Of a stretch of 64,000 nucleotides of DNA, positions 39,491 through 51,756 are shown in pieces. How positions within the stretch are numbered: position 1 is the first letter of the stretch; every line of letters starts with the position of its first letter. Location: contig OX597822.1 of NCBI GenBank assembly GCA_951406725.2, forward strand, positions 15,562,001-15,626,000, written 5' to 3'. The notes under the pieces were generated by a model. That model saw nothing but the letters and a program-made list of their open reading frames with translations. It searched no databases and was not told the origin of the DNA. The DNA is from Octopus vulgaris (taxonomy: Eukaryota). Both the position numbers and the translations under genes were made by a program.

Positions 39491-40297
39491 CAGGGTGGTG
39501 CGATGGGTAAATTGTCGCCATTTTATCGTATTAACTTCGCACATGCATATTGATTGCTTTTGATTTGACTACACAGTATAGTAGGGTGAGCTGGACACCA
39601 TCTATGTGAAAAACACCACCATGATGCAATCCACTATGCCAGAAATTTGGAAATGACATGCTGTACTGCTTGGAATTCGCATCGGAAGCTCCAATACGAA
39701 CAGATGCTGAACACATAGGACAACCATTGGTTGAAAATCAAACATCCAGCTAACATCATGGTGCTTGGAATGATCACTAGTGATGGCGACGTTATGTCAC
39801 AATTCATCTTCCCACACGGCCACAGTCTCAACGTGGAGGCCTACATCAAGTGCCTGGAGGAGGTAGTGCTGCCCTAGGTCAAGAGGGTGGCGCTAGAAGA
39901 CCTATGTTAGCAACAGGACTCTGCACCTTGCCACACAAGCAGGAGAACCCAGTAATGGCTGCGACTACATTACCCCTTACATCTGACCACCTAACACTCC
40001 AGTCTGCAACCCCCTTGATTATTATGTGTGGGGCGCAGTTGAGCGACAGATCAGCAAAACTCCATGTAAAACCAAAGATGAAATGCTGGCAAGGATTATG
40101 GCAGCATTCACTAACTTAAAGGAGACTGTCCGAAGGAAGTGGTGGTTGAAGCCAATGGCGATTTTATCAAATATATTTGCTGTTTAGTATTTCAAGATAT
40201 ATTTAGGTAATTTTGGTAAATATATCGCTTCAAATGAGATGTCAGTGTTATATTCATTTTTGCATAATTTAGGCGACAGTTTCTTCACTACACTCTG
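39491..40297 (+). mobile_element. Tc1/mariner superfamily element (DD37D/maT-like), internally deleted
   Basis: TA|CAGGGTG...AAATTGTCGCC left end and GGCGACAGTTT...CACTCTG|TA right end; KHPANIMVLGMITSDG, QQDSAPCHTS, CNPLDYYVWG, VVEANGDFI. Confidence 0.85.
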
Positions 40298-40431
40298 TAT
40301 ATGCTTTTATATATAGCTTTATGATATTCTTCGAGATCCATTTTTCATCATTCCATAAAATAATTTTTCATGTTCTCACAAAAGTATATAAACTCTTATG
40401 ACGCCAACAATACATACACACACACAGAGGC

Positions 40432-40498
<67 letters not shown>

Positions 40499-40602
40499 TG
40501 GTAAAAACGGTAAGATAACAAAAGAAAGAAAGAGACCTCAATATTATGTAAATAGAGGAAATTTATCTATAAAATAATATGTTACATTTACTCAATAGTC
40601 AA

Positions 40603-40663
40603 GATAAAACTCTGAGTTTCAGATGCCGAAGTGGAAATCCACAACACTATCTTTTCGGTTATC
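40603..40663 (-). ncRNA. Degenerate hammerhead motif in the PLE 3' repeat
   Basis: gataa-CCGAAAA-gat...atct-GAAA-ctc(a)gag-TT-ttatc; same helix III as the 10634 motif; CUGANGA box mutated. Confidence 0.5.
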
Positions 40664-41339
40664 TGGCCATCTGAAAAACGCTATGAAAAAATACCGTTAT
40701 ATAAAGGGAAATTACTGTGTTATAATTCTGCTCGCGAACCTACGTGCGTACTTATACATCACTATGAAAACGTACACATCTTCACTCGCATTTTTCGCCA
40801 AATATATACGCATATATATACAAACTCATACACACACACATGCGTGCCGTAAAAGTTCATACATATGTCTATATACACACAAGCACAAGAAAAACCATGG
40901 TTAAAGGTAACAGAAAAAAACACAAGGAAGTATACAAAGCATAAAAACCACGTTCATATAGGGACATGTCCCTATACACTCATACACACACACGCCCATA
41001 TATGTACATACCCGCACATATTTATATACGCATACATACACACGCATATACAAAAAATGAATATACATATGTCCCCCCCCAAAAAAAAAATGGAAAAATA
41101 CTAAGTAAAAACGTCTATATATATACGTGCATTCTTATGCCCCACACTCGCACACATCTAAAACTGCCCACTCATACATAATCACACACGTGTACAAATG
41201 AATCTATATACACATCTATATAGGCACAGGAAAAAATGTAGGATAGAAAAGTACAGAAAAAATTAATGTGTGAAAATATAAAAATATATATGAAATAATA
41301 AAAGGTATAATGAGATAAAAAAACTTTTTGGGACATAAT

Positions 41340-43020
41340 ATAGAAAGCAAGTTCTATCTGTTTTCTTTAGGGGACCAAAAACGTAACAAAAATTTAGTCA
41401 CATGTGGGCATGATCTGAAAAGTTATGTCCTTGAGTTTAGACATGTAGTAGGGTCTAAGATGCTCTTCCAGATAAGCCATCTCTCCATGTCGCATAGACC
41501 GCACCTTCCGCTGCGTAGGGCTTACATTTGGCCAAAATCTTCCAATGGATGTTATAATCAACACCTTTATATTTTAAAGACCAAATATGATTAGATAATT
41601 TTGTCGCTTTTCTTTTGTTCCAGTGCCTAAAACTCAAGGTGTGGTTATTGAACCTGGCCTTGAAATTACCCTCTGTAAGGCCCACGTATTTCTTCGTCGA
41701 AACGGTGTCTTTAGTGGTTATAGAGTCTACGGTAGCTTCATAGATGATGGTCTCGGACATGCAAGCTCCATTAAGCGGGCACAATTTTTTATTCCTGCAT
41801 GAACAGCTGTTTTCTTGTGGTTTTTGTGTGTTATGTGTGATTATATTTTTAAAATTGGTAGTTGAACTAAAACTAATTTTTAAATTGTGTTTATTGAAGA
41901 GTTTCCTATAAGTATGGTTAACTGGAAAATGTCTATCTATCAGTGTTAAGAAATATTTACCTATATTGAAAGGTGAGTAAGGGGGTGTAAACCAGATGAT
42001 CTTCCTATTTCTATTTTTCGTCTTCTTTACTGTTGGGCTAGTAACAGGTGTATATTTTATTTTTTCGCTAAAACCACTATCTTTTAAAGCCTTATTATAA
42101 ACTGGGGCAACGCTATTAAAAATGTCCTTATCGGAGGAGAGGCTAGAAATTCTCTTACTAATATTTTTAACTAAATTTTTGAATAATATAGGGGGATGGC
42201 ATGAACCTACATTAATATAACTTAGTCTATCATTGGGCTTCCTATAAGGCTTATAAATATTCTTATTTAGATCTAAGGAAACGTCTAGGAAATTGACAAC
42301 CGTCAGGTTAGAATCTATAGTTATACTAAGTCCGAAGTATTTCATTAATTGGATAATATCCTTCCTAAAACGATCCTGTGCTGGTCCATTTGTATTAGCG
42401 GTTAAAGCGAGGGTATCATCATTGTAGATGGCGAAATATACGTCAGGAAATGTCTTAGCTAAAGTATCTAGGAGAAAAAATCCAATAAGATCGCAAATGC
42501 CTGCTCCATCATATGAGCCCATGCTCACATCGAAAACACCTTCTGTGTCGGTATTTTTGACCCACTTTGCGTTCTCACTGAAACGTAAGGTCTTTCTAGC
42601 ATGGAAGATTATGTTCTTATCATTTGTACTGATTTCTATGAAATCGCTAGCGAAGATGAGGGCTTTATCTAGCAGTTCTTTACAGATGGAGACATAAAAA
42701 TCAACAATATCGAATTGTGTAAACCTCGCTTTTTTCTTATTCTTAATAGCTTTAAACCAGTCTACGACTTCTATACTATTGGACCATTGTACTAGCCTAG
42801 TATCGGTCTTAATTTTCGTATTTATTTTATCTAAAATTTCTTTGCTAATAATCCCAAGTTCTGACTTAGCTGGGTTGATAAGCCTACATTTAGGGTTGGA
42901 AAGGAAGTTCTCTTTGTGGTCTTTAACTGTAATAAATGCCTCTTTTTGGTGGAGAACTTCTATTTTTTTATCTGATTTAAGTTTAGCGGCGATAACGCTA
43001 GCTTCTTTATTAATTTCATT
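41340..43020 (-). pseudogene. PLE reverse transcriptase-GIY-YIG endonuclease ORF (open 43020-41455; true C-terminus frameshifted)
   Basis: Hand translation: KDHKENFLSNPKCRLINPAKSELG, FDIVDFY, FDVSMGSYDGA, YNDD, VNFLDV, YRKPND, CSCRNKKLCPLNGAC, IIYEA..KYVGLTEGNFKARFNNH; after a frameshift near 41515, CGLCDMERW..LNSRT*LFRSCPH. Confidence 0.9.
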
Positions 43021-43028
43021 ATATATAT

Positions 43029-43084
<56 letters not shown>

Positions 43085-43812
43085 GAGAGAGACAGAGAAA
43101 GAGAGAGAAACAGGAATACAGATGCATATCAATATATGTATCGATATTCCTGTATAGATACACCTATATATATATATATATGTGTGTGTGTGTAGCTAGG
43201 TTATACTCTGTTAAGAACGTAGTAGAGTACAGTATAAATCTCATATACCTTCGTATTTCGCCCGGTGCTAGCCAACAGTAGTATTATACCTACTGCTGGG
43301 TAGGTATAATTGGCGTTCGGGTTTCTGTAGTGTGTGAATGGATAGTTGACTAAGCTAGAGTCAACAAGAAGGAGTTCAAGTGAAGTGGAACATTTATTTG
43401 CAATCACTGCAGTTCCTTCCACGGAACTTAGGTCTTCAGGTTCGCAGATATTTGGTTGTAACCATTCCTCTACATCGGCAGATGTGTTTCATCAGAACAC
43501 ATTCATTCTGTCGTGGCTATGAGAAGTAGTATGATCTACTTGGTATACCTCGCATAGTCACGACAAACGAGAAAGGATGTGTTCGAAGCCGGAAATGTGA
43601 GCTTACCGAACACAGGAACAATATTTATCTGTCACCTGATGAAATAGAACAAAATCACAGAAAGTAGAGAAACGGTTACATAACCAAATACCTGTAAAAT
43701 TGGAGAAGTATTTTGCGTGAAAACAATTGTAGTGCTCGCAAATAAATGTTCATCTGTAATCCTTCTCGACGACCTCAACTTATTCCATTATACACACACA
43801 CACTAATATATA

Positions 43813-44020
43813 TCCACTCAGCTGGCAAAAATGAGTAGTACCTGTATTTAAAAAGGCCAGTTTTGTCAGATTCTGTATTACGCTGAATCTCCCTAAGAAC
43901 TACATTAAGGGTATGCGTGTCTGTGGAGAGGTCAGCCACTTCCAGATTAATTTCGTCAGCAGACTCTTCCATTGGTCACATCAACTGGAATCATCGTCGT
44001 CGTCAACGACGAAGTGTCAG
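43813..44020 (+). mobile_element. SINE family C 3' part
   Basis: ccactcagctggcaaaaatgagtagtacctg...gaatctccctaagaactac; reverse complement of 5340-5545. Confidence 0.85.
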
Positions 44021-44064
44021 TTAATGCACACAAAAGCACATGCCTATATGTATGTATATATATA

Positions 44065-44225
44065 TTTTCTTTATTTTCTCTCCTTGTTTCTTTCTGCGTT
44101 CTTTTCTGTGGAAGAGCGTAGGCTCGAAACGTTAAAGACCTTTTCACTTCCCGATCGTTATACTAATACATCTGTTTGTTGTGTACACCTCCTGTCTTCC
44201 TTTTGCTTTTTTCGTGAACTCTCCT

Positions 44226-44226
<1 letters not shown>
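44065..44226 (+). mobile_element. Short PLE-type terminal repeat with an atypical hammerhead-like motif (44102-44137)
   Basis: tttt-CTGTGGA-a-gagc(gtag)gctc-GAAA-cg-TT-aaag; between TA repeats; relatives at 50312-50500 (-) and 60100-60290 (+). Confidence 0.6.
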
Positions 44227-44280
<54 letters not shown>

Positions 44281-45244
44281 TTAACTATATATATATATAT
44301 ATGTATATATATATGTATATATATACACATGTATTATGTATGCATGTATGAATGTGTGTGTGTGTGTGTGTGTGTGAGCGTGCGTTTGTATACAGACACA
44401 CATATGTATTGCGTATGCGTCGGTGAGATGAAAATATTGAAATCACACCAATGAAAATTTAATTAAATAATCGTCATAAAATATCTCCTAAATGTTTAAG
44501 AGACAGATTTCAATATACATCATGATATTAACATCCAAATTAGGAATTTGTTATTTTTTATTCCCTTTACTGGAATGGACGCTTGGACAAGAATAGCTAA
44601 TTGTCCTGGTAGTATCTTAATTTCCTGCTCCCTCGTTTATTTCGCAGAATGAGAGAAGCAATAAAATACTCATCTCTCTCTTCTCTGCAAAATAGAATGA
44701 ATGGACCCTCATTAAATGATTGGGGGCCATCTCTATTCTTGCTGTGCTTCGTTGATTGTTGTTTTGTATTGTTCGTTATTTTTAGAGTTTAGGGAAAGCA
44801 TTCAAATATCACAATTCTGTAAAAGTAAATAAAATATCGATTCACCGTTAATGTTCACCATACACCATGCCAACTATATACATGACAATATATTCAGTGT
44901 GAAATTACACACACACCTACACACACGCACGCACACACACACACACACAGTTATATAGACGCGTACACGTGTGTGTACATTTGTATGCTTATACTTATGT
45001 ATACTTTCCTTCCTCTGTCTCTCTCTCACCAATGTCTATATGTATGAGTGCTTGCGCGTAGTATATGTGTGTGTATGTGTGTTCTCTTCTGCTTTTAACT
45101 ATTTAAATTCTTTGTCTAAGGAAAGAGCTGGTTCCTAACACAGATACAACGCTCCATCTTCGGAATGCAGATGGTAAAAGCACCATTACACTTTCGACTT
45201 GATAATAATAGTCTATATCTTTACTTTTCCGCTTACGGATTGTA

Positions 45245-45392
45245 TTTCTAATGTGCGATTTTTCGTTGGTTGATTTGTTGATCTGAAAATCCAAATGCAT
45301 CCAGCTCATCACTCAGGCATTTACTCACAAAACCAAGCGCACCAATTATTATTAGTATAAATGTGGATTTGTTATCTGGATATGTGTATATA
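45245..45392 (-). mobile_element. RLE-LINE (Dong/R4-like) C-terminal fragment
   Basis: YPDNKSTFILIIIGALGFVSKCL...FGFS matches the P-I-I-I-G-A-L-G tail of RLE domains. Confidence 0.55.
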
Positions 45393-48177
45393 TCGCAATT
45401 TAAATGTAATACACATAAAAACATTTTCCGCAATACAAGCTTTATCAGACACATTTTTCAATGACATGGGTCGAGACGATAGATATGTAACATAAACAAA
45501 AAGGCTACAGTTTCCTCTGAGATTCGGCCCAGAATCAACGGTTCCCGAATGTGGAGAACAATAAATTGTTTGCAGTTTATAAAACGTTGCGTTGGCCTTA
45601 GACGCACTGCTTGCGTGTGGATTAAATGAAAAGTGTGTTCGAAAACTAATTTAACGATGTAGAAATTGTAATGGAAATATATTAAGTTGTGTGTAATTTG
45701 GAATGGATTGGGAAAATACTTGTCTCTACTCATGTTTACAGCATGAAAAATTTAATGAGCGAATATTATTAGAGAAATGTTAAATGCTTTTCAATAAACT
45801 TGGTATATGTTCAAATGACATCAGACAATTCATATTGTTTGAAAGATAAAATTATTTTTCTTTTACTTAAGGGACCCAGTTTTTCCAAATCTTCTGGGAA
45901 GTGGAGATATATGGTCAAATATTTGTGTGTCTGTATAAAGAAGGCGGCTATATGTGATATAAAACCAGAAAGGGAAAATTCACTTGCCACTAATTATGTG
46001 GCGTTATCCCTCCTGTCAGTACATAGATACATGCTTCTTTAATTCCATTTCATCACTCTTTTGAAAGGAAAGAGTTACCTCACACTATAACTAAATGAAG
46101 GAAGGAAATCCGTTTCTACAACTGTTTTCCTTGCATTTCGTTGCTCTTCCCACAACATGCAGTCAATATATTACATTTAGATGTTTGTTTTGCTTTTTTC
46201 TTAGGAAGACAACTCAGAAATAAAAGCATGTACTGAAAAGGGAATATAGTCACATAGCATCGCAATCATTTGCAGGCTGTTTGACTTTGATTCTAGACTA
46301 CTTTATAACAAGGTCCATGATTGGTATGAGTGAAGTACTACAAAAGTATGACAGAAAATGCTGATGTTTATTTGCGTATATGTAACGTCTAAATCTATCC
46401 TTTAATATCTAAAAGCCATACCCTCTACATTAAATACCGCATACAATCGTAAAACAAGCATCAAGTTTTCATAAGGGTCAAATAATTTTCTAAGAGCCGT
46501 TTTATAAAATCTAAAGATTATAAAACGAAGTAGATTATTACTATAGATTTATAGCTGAACGTGTTAAAAAAAATTCCCCTTCCTGCTTTTGATAAGTCCT
46601 GTAGAAACTCAATCACCTCTTTCAATTAGCTACTGGGAAGAGTGTTATTATCTTTCCACTGCGATGAATTCAGCATGTCATGTAGAAGATATTTTTCGCC
46701 TACACTATTGTTTGAATGTACATAGAATTCAATAAAATATATTTGTAGTACTTAAAGAATTGTGCACAGACAATTTAATCCCTACTGCATGAATATACGC
46801 TTCGTTTTATCATAACGTAATTTTTAGAATTTTAATATCATTTAAAGAAAACCCCATCAGGAAATGAGGGGTGGGGTGTATTTGTTTAATGTTGAAAACC
46901 TTATTTCAGTATGAATTGAGTCATTGTATGTTATTTTGTCTCTCAGTCACACTGCTTTAAAACTACTTCGTATTTCCGTTTCTATTTTGTTCGAAATATT
47001 TTGATATAAAATACTACGAAATATTGAAATCAATGTGATTCTTCTAATGAATCATTATTAATGGAAAATATTGAATGTAAATAAATTACAGCCAAGAAAT
47101 ACAGTTCATGCATACTATAGACAATTCTCAATCAACCATAGGAAAATGGAGATTTTATTACAATACAAGTCACACATGATAATGCAGACATCATTTTATT
47201 TCAGTATCGCCAGAATTTGTGCAATGGCCTATACAGCAATTATAGTTGAAAAAATAATAAACTGGAAAAGTCAGCGGGTATCTTAGACACCAGCTTTACG
47301 CCCTTTTCTGTTCGGAATTATCTGAATCATCCCCCAAATTTTCTACTCAATTTATAATGGACATTGATATGACAAATATTAATGTTGCGTTATTTATTGT
47401 AGTTGAATGGGAATCATGAAATTTTTATTGACATTTCAAAGATCAAAAGGTAAATTAAATTTAAGAGATTGTTATCATTGTCTAGACATTTCGAATATTC
47501 ATTTCCAATTTAGGAAGCAATTTTATGATAATGCTGCAGTGAAGATGTTTTTATTGATTTCATGTTTTCTATATGGGCGGTGTATGTGACTTTACGATAA
47601 ACACTGTCTTAGAATTCCAAAAACGCTGCATTTTATATTTAGATTGCAATGCTTGTTTTCTTCTTTTTTTTAAACTTTTATACCAGTGTTGATAGTTAAT
47701 CATTTATCAAGTGTCCAACAGAAAATCGAACAATTTTATCTATGTAAAATTGTCCGTTTTGTCATGATTTCAGCTGATTCTATTTTCTATTCTATTTATC
47801 TGTCTGCATGTATGTATATCTTTCTATCCATCTAACGATCGCTCTATATAGACATATACACGTGTATGCATATATATATGCGTGTTTTTCTCTCTTTTTG
47901 GCATCTGTGATTTTATTTTTGATCTTCGATATAAAAGAATATATTTCCTCCATCTGGCTGGTCTTCTTTCTACAAAACGGGAAATCACATTGCGGAACAT
48001 TTACTTTAACGAGTTGTTTTTATTTAAAACCCGACGAGATACATGTGCACCACCGGATGCTCCGGAATCAGCTGTTGAGTATCCCACCCATGAAGAATCA
48101 ATGCTAGATGTGTCGAAACAATTGTCGTGATTTATAATAAATTCTCGTATATTCCATCTTCCGCCTTTCATTTGCCA

Positions 48178-48243
<66 letters not shown>

Positions 48244-49189
48244 CATACACACATACATACACAAATATACATGCATAATGTGTGTTTATATAGAGAGAGG
48301 AGGAAAGAGTGGAAGATATATATGTATGCATGTATATATATATATATATGTATGTATATGTATATGTATATATGTATGTATGTATGTACCCACACACTCA
48401 CGTTTATATAAATACATACATGTAAATCTTTTTTTTTTGTGGCTGTACCAGTAATAATCGAATTTTTAATATTATTTTCAAACGGGAGTGATTTGCTGGT
48501 GTACAATTTAATGCAGTATACAATTCGTCTCGTATATTTGCACGTGAAATCGAATCCATAAGTTTCGTTGTACGTTAATATTGGTTTCGTTTCAGTAAAT
48601 ATTATTCTCTGTTTTATAGGAGATAAGAAATCAGATCTTATGATATCGCGTTCTTAAATTTGTTTCCCTTTTCCAGTTAATATGGAGAAGAAGAATATTT
48701 TAAACATACACGACAGAGAAATTCTGTACTGGAGAGTCAAGCACACAAGGTGTCAGTTATGTTTCAAAGTCAATTTTTTGCTTAAACATTTTTGATGTAC
48801 TTTGAACCGGCATATTGATAAAAATAGTACGCTTAGTGTTAACCTTTCATCCAACGCTAAAGATCAGAATCTAAAAGACCTTTGATATATAACTATATTT
48901 TGAAAATACGTTATATATAGATTGCCGAGAGGGCAGCTGTAATTAAAGTCGCAATAAACAATCTCTTGTAAATATAATCATATATTTTGAAGTTTTAACT
49001 CCAAAATGACCCCAACATTATGTCTTAGCAACGTACCTTGCATTCACAATATTCTACAACACACGCTCACGCACGCACATATGTAAGTGTGTGTGTACCA
49101 TATTTATACATATATATATATATATATATATATGGGTAAATATTTATTAATTCCAAAATTCCTATACGCGCGCGCGCATGTGTGTATAT

Positions 49190-49390
49190 ATGGCTGTGTG
49201 GTAAGAAGCTTGCTTCCCAACCACATGGCATTAGGTTCAGTCCTACTATGCGGCACCGTAGACGGATGTTTGTTATAGACTCATGCTGACCAAAGCCTTA
49301 TGAGTGGATTTGGTACAAGGAAACTGAATGAAGCCCGTCGTATATGTATATATATATATATATTTGTGTGTTTCTGTCTGCGTTTGTCCC
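49190..49390 (+). mobile_element. SINE family A 5' part, truncated by a PLE-type fragment
   Basis: tggctgtgtggtaagaagcttgcttcccaaccacatgg...aagcccgtcgtata...tttgtccc. Confidence 0.85.
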
Positions 49391-49525
49391 TCGATGACGG
49401 GATATAATAAATATCCAGGGAACAGCTGTAAGACTTTTTTATAAATGTTCTAAAATCTTCACAGCTTTGGTTTTTCTATCTCATTCTGAAAAATAAATTT
49501 CTATATATAAAATAATTTTTGATAT
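49391..49525 (+). mobile_element. PLE-type terminal fragment with a degenerate hammerhead
   Basis: cGATGA-cg-ggatat(aataa)atatcc-a-GGGAA-cagctg-TA-agac. Confidence 0.45.
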
Positions 49526-50257
49526 ATGACTTACGTTGGATTCCTTATTCTAATAATCATTAAAAAAATGGAGCTTAACTATGGTCTATCCATAGCACTT
49601 ACTCAGCATTACCTGACACCATTACCTCTCATAACCTATGAGCATAAAACAGTTGAGGCATTCAAAGCTTTCTGGCACCTATACGCGTTTCTGTATAATG
49701 GCAATATAAGTATGTAACCGTAATAGAAACATTATACAGTCATACATAAATGCAACAATCAATGCTGAAGCTCCAAATATGTAAATACATACATGCATGC
49801 AAACGCGAGTTTACATAATATTCGAACTGAAAATTTTATGTAAATTTTCACTTCGAATATTATGGAAATTGACGTTTGCAAACAAAGTTGGTAGCGAAAC
49901 AATTGTTGCGAATTATTTATGATGTCGTGACGGATATGTTTGTCTTCTTATTTGGATGGAAATTTACTCTTTGCAACACCCACGCAACAGATTTACCTTC
50001 GTGAAACGAGGCCTTTTTACACCCAAAGATTTTCAGTATTTGTCTAAAATCCGATTGTGTTGATAACCTAGAATACGAGGAAATACCCTACACTTACACC
50101 CTCTCGAGACCTAATATTGTGTGTGTGTAATCAAAGGGGCAAGAACGACGTACTCCGAAGGAACTTAAGGGTAACGTAAATTCAAGGGTAAAGAAAATCC
50201 ACGAATCGGGTACTCCAAATCAGTCGGATGATGTAAAGGGTCCGTGGGAGAATGCGG

Positions 50258-50311
<54 letters not shown>

Positions 50312-50312
<1 letters not shown>

Positions 50313-50500
50313 GTTAAAAAATGTACAAAGCGCAAAGAGCAACGAACAAAGAGATTGACGGACTAGTGAACAACAAATAAAGTGTATTAGTTTGACGCTG
50401 AGGAAAAATGGAAGAGTCTTCGACGTTTCCCGCCTACGCTCTGCTACAGAAGTAGATAAGGACCGATAACAGAAAGTTAAAATCGAAGAAAGAAAAAGCA
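50312..50500 (-). mobile_element. PLE-type terminal repeat, same family as 44065-44226, diverged
   Basis: Minus strand ctt-CTGTAGC-agagcgtaggcgg-GAAA-cg-TC-gaag followed by aaactaatacac. Confidence 0.55.
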
Positions 50501-51248
50501 TATCACATCCATTTTTCTTTAAAATACGAATGAACAAGGGAATGATTAATAAAATGACCGTGAAAATATTAGGAACTTGAGTTGTGTTATAACATTATGC
50601 TCAAAACGAAACGAATGTCTTTCGGGCCTATTCTCTCTTGGATAGTTAGGCAGTCTTCATGTAAATGTTATTATCGGGATTTTATTTTCTATAACGATAA
50701 GATTGTTTGGACGTATGAGAATTATAAGTGACAGAGTGATTGACAAGTCATTTGAATGGACGAGGATATTATCAGACTTCTCTGAATAGCAAACAGAAAA
50801 ACAGTGAGAACTTTTAGTTTGATAATGAATATTGTGATAAAAAAACTTTCAGAATAATGATAATTACCTGTAAATATTACTAGGTTTTCTCGATAATATT
50901 GTAATCTATGTGCTAATACACAAAGAATGAAATAAAATACCACACTTCCAACAAAGAATAAAATATTTACGTTACATTCAATAAAATGCAGTTTTGGTTT
51001 TTAAGAAAAACATAAAAAGACTATGATGTTGATATTGACTCAATATAATGAAAATTATTAAATTTTAAATTGAAAGAAAGGAACATTTTACCGTTTTTGA
51101 GACTCTATTCGCAGTTGTGCATTCGTATTTTATTCGTCTGTAAATAATCCATAATAATCCACGCATTATTTCATAGTGTAATATGAAGACACATGCGGTT
51201 ATGCACATACACATGTATGTCTTCATATATATAAAATTAAACAACCGC

Positions 51249-51319
<71 letters not shown>

Positions 51320-51321
<2 letters not shown>

Positions 51322-51467
51322 CGCAGGAGTGGTTGTGTGATAAGTAGCTTGCTTACCAACCACATGGTTCTGGGTTCGTCCCACAGCGTGGCACCTTGGG
51401 GAAGTGTCTTCTGCTATAGCCTCTGCGAGTAGATTTGGTAGACGGAAACTGAAAGAATCCCGCCGTA

Positions 51468-51526
<59 letters not shown>

Positions 51527-51756
51527 CTGTGTGTGTGTGTGAGTACGTTTGTGTGTGTGTGGTTGTCCCCCCCCCCAACATTACTTGACAACCGATGCTT
51601 ACGCCTTCATAACTTAGCGATTTGGCATAAGAGTGCGATAGAATAAGTACTAGGCTTACAAACCAAAGAATAAGTCCTGGAGTCAATTTGCTCGACTAAA
51701 GGCGGTGCTCCAGCATGGCCGCAGTCAAATGATTGAAACAAGTACAAGAATAAAAG
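51320..51756 (+). mobile_element. SINE family A, full length
   Basis: ggcgcaggagtggttgtgtgataagtagc...ggcggtgctccagcatggccgcagtcaaatga. Confidence 0.92.

Larger units (their letters stand above)
40497..43020 (-). mobile_element. Penelope-like retroelement, 5'-truncated, with 3' terminal repeat; embedded in (TA)n
   Basis: RT + GIY-YIG ORF followed by a ~0.85-kb 3' region containing an HHR-like motif; both ends abut (TA)n. Confidence 0.9.

Noticed and set aside
43430-43650. CTGAAGA/CTGATGA heptamers at ~43432, ~43488 and ~43637
   Set aside because: No correctly placed GAAA/NUH with supporting helices.
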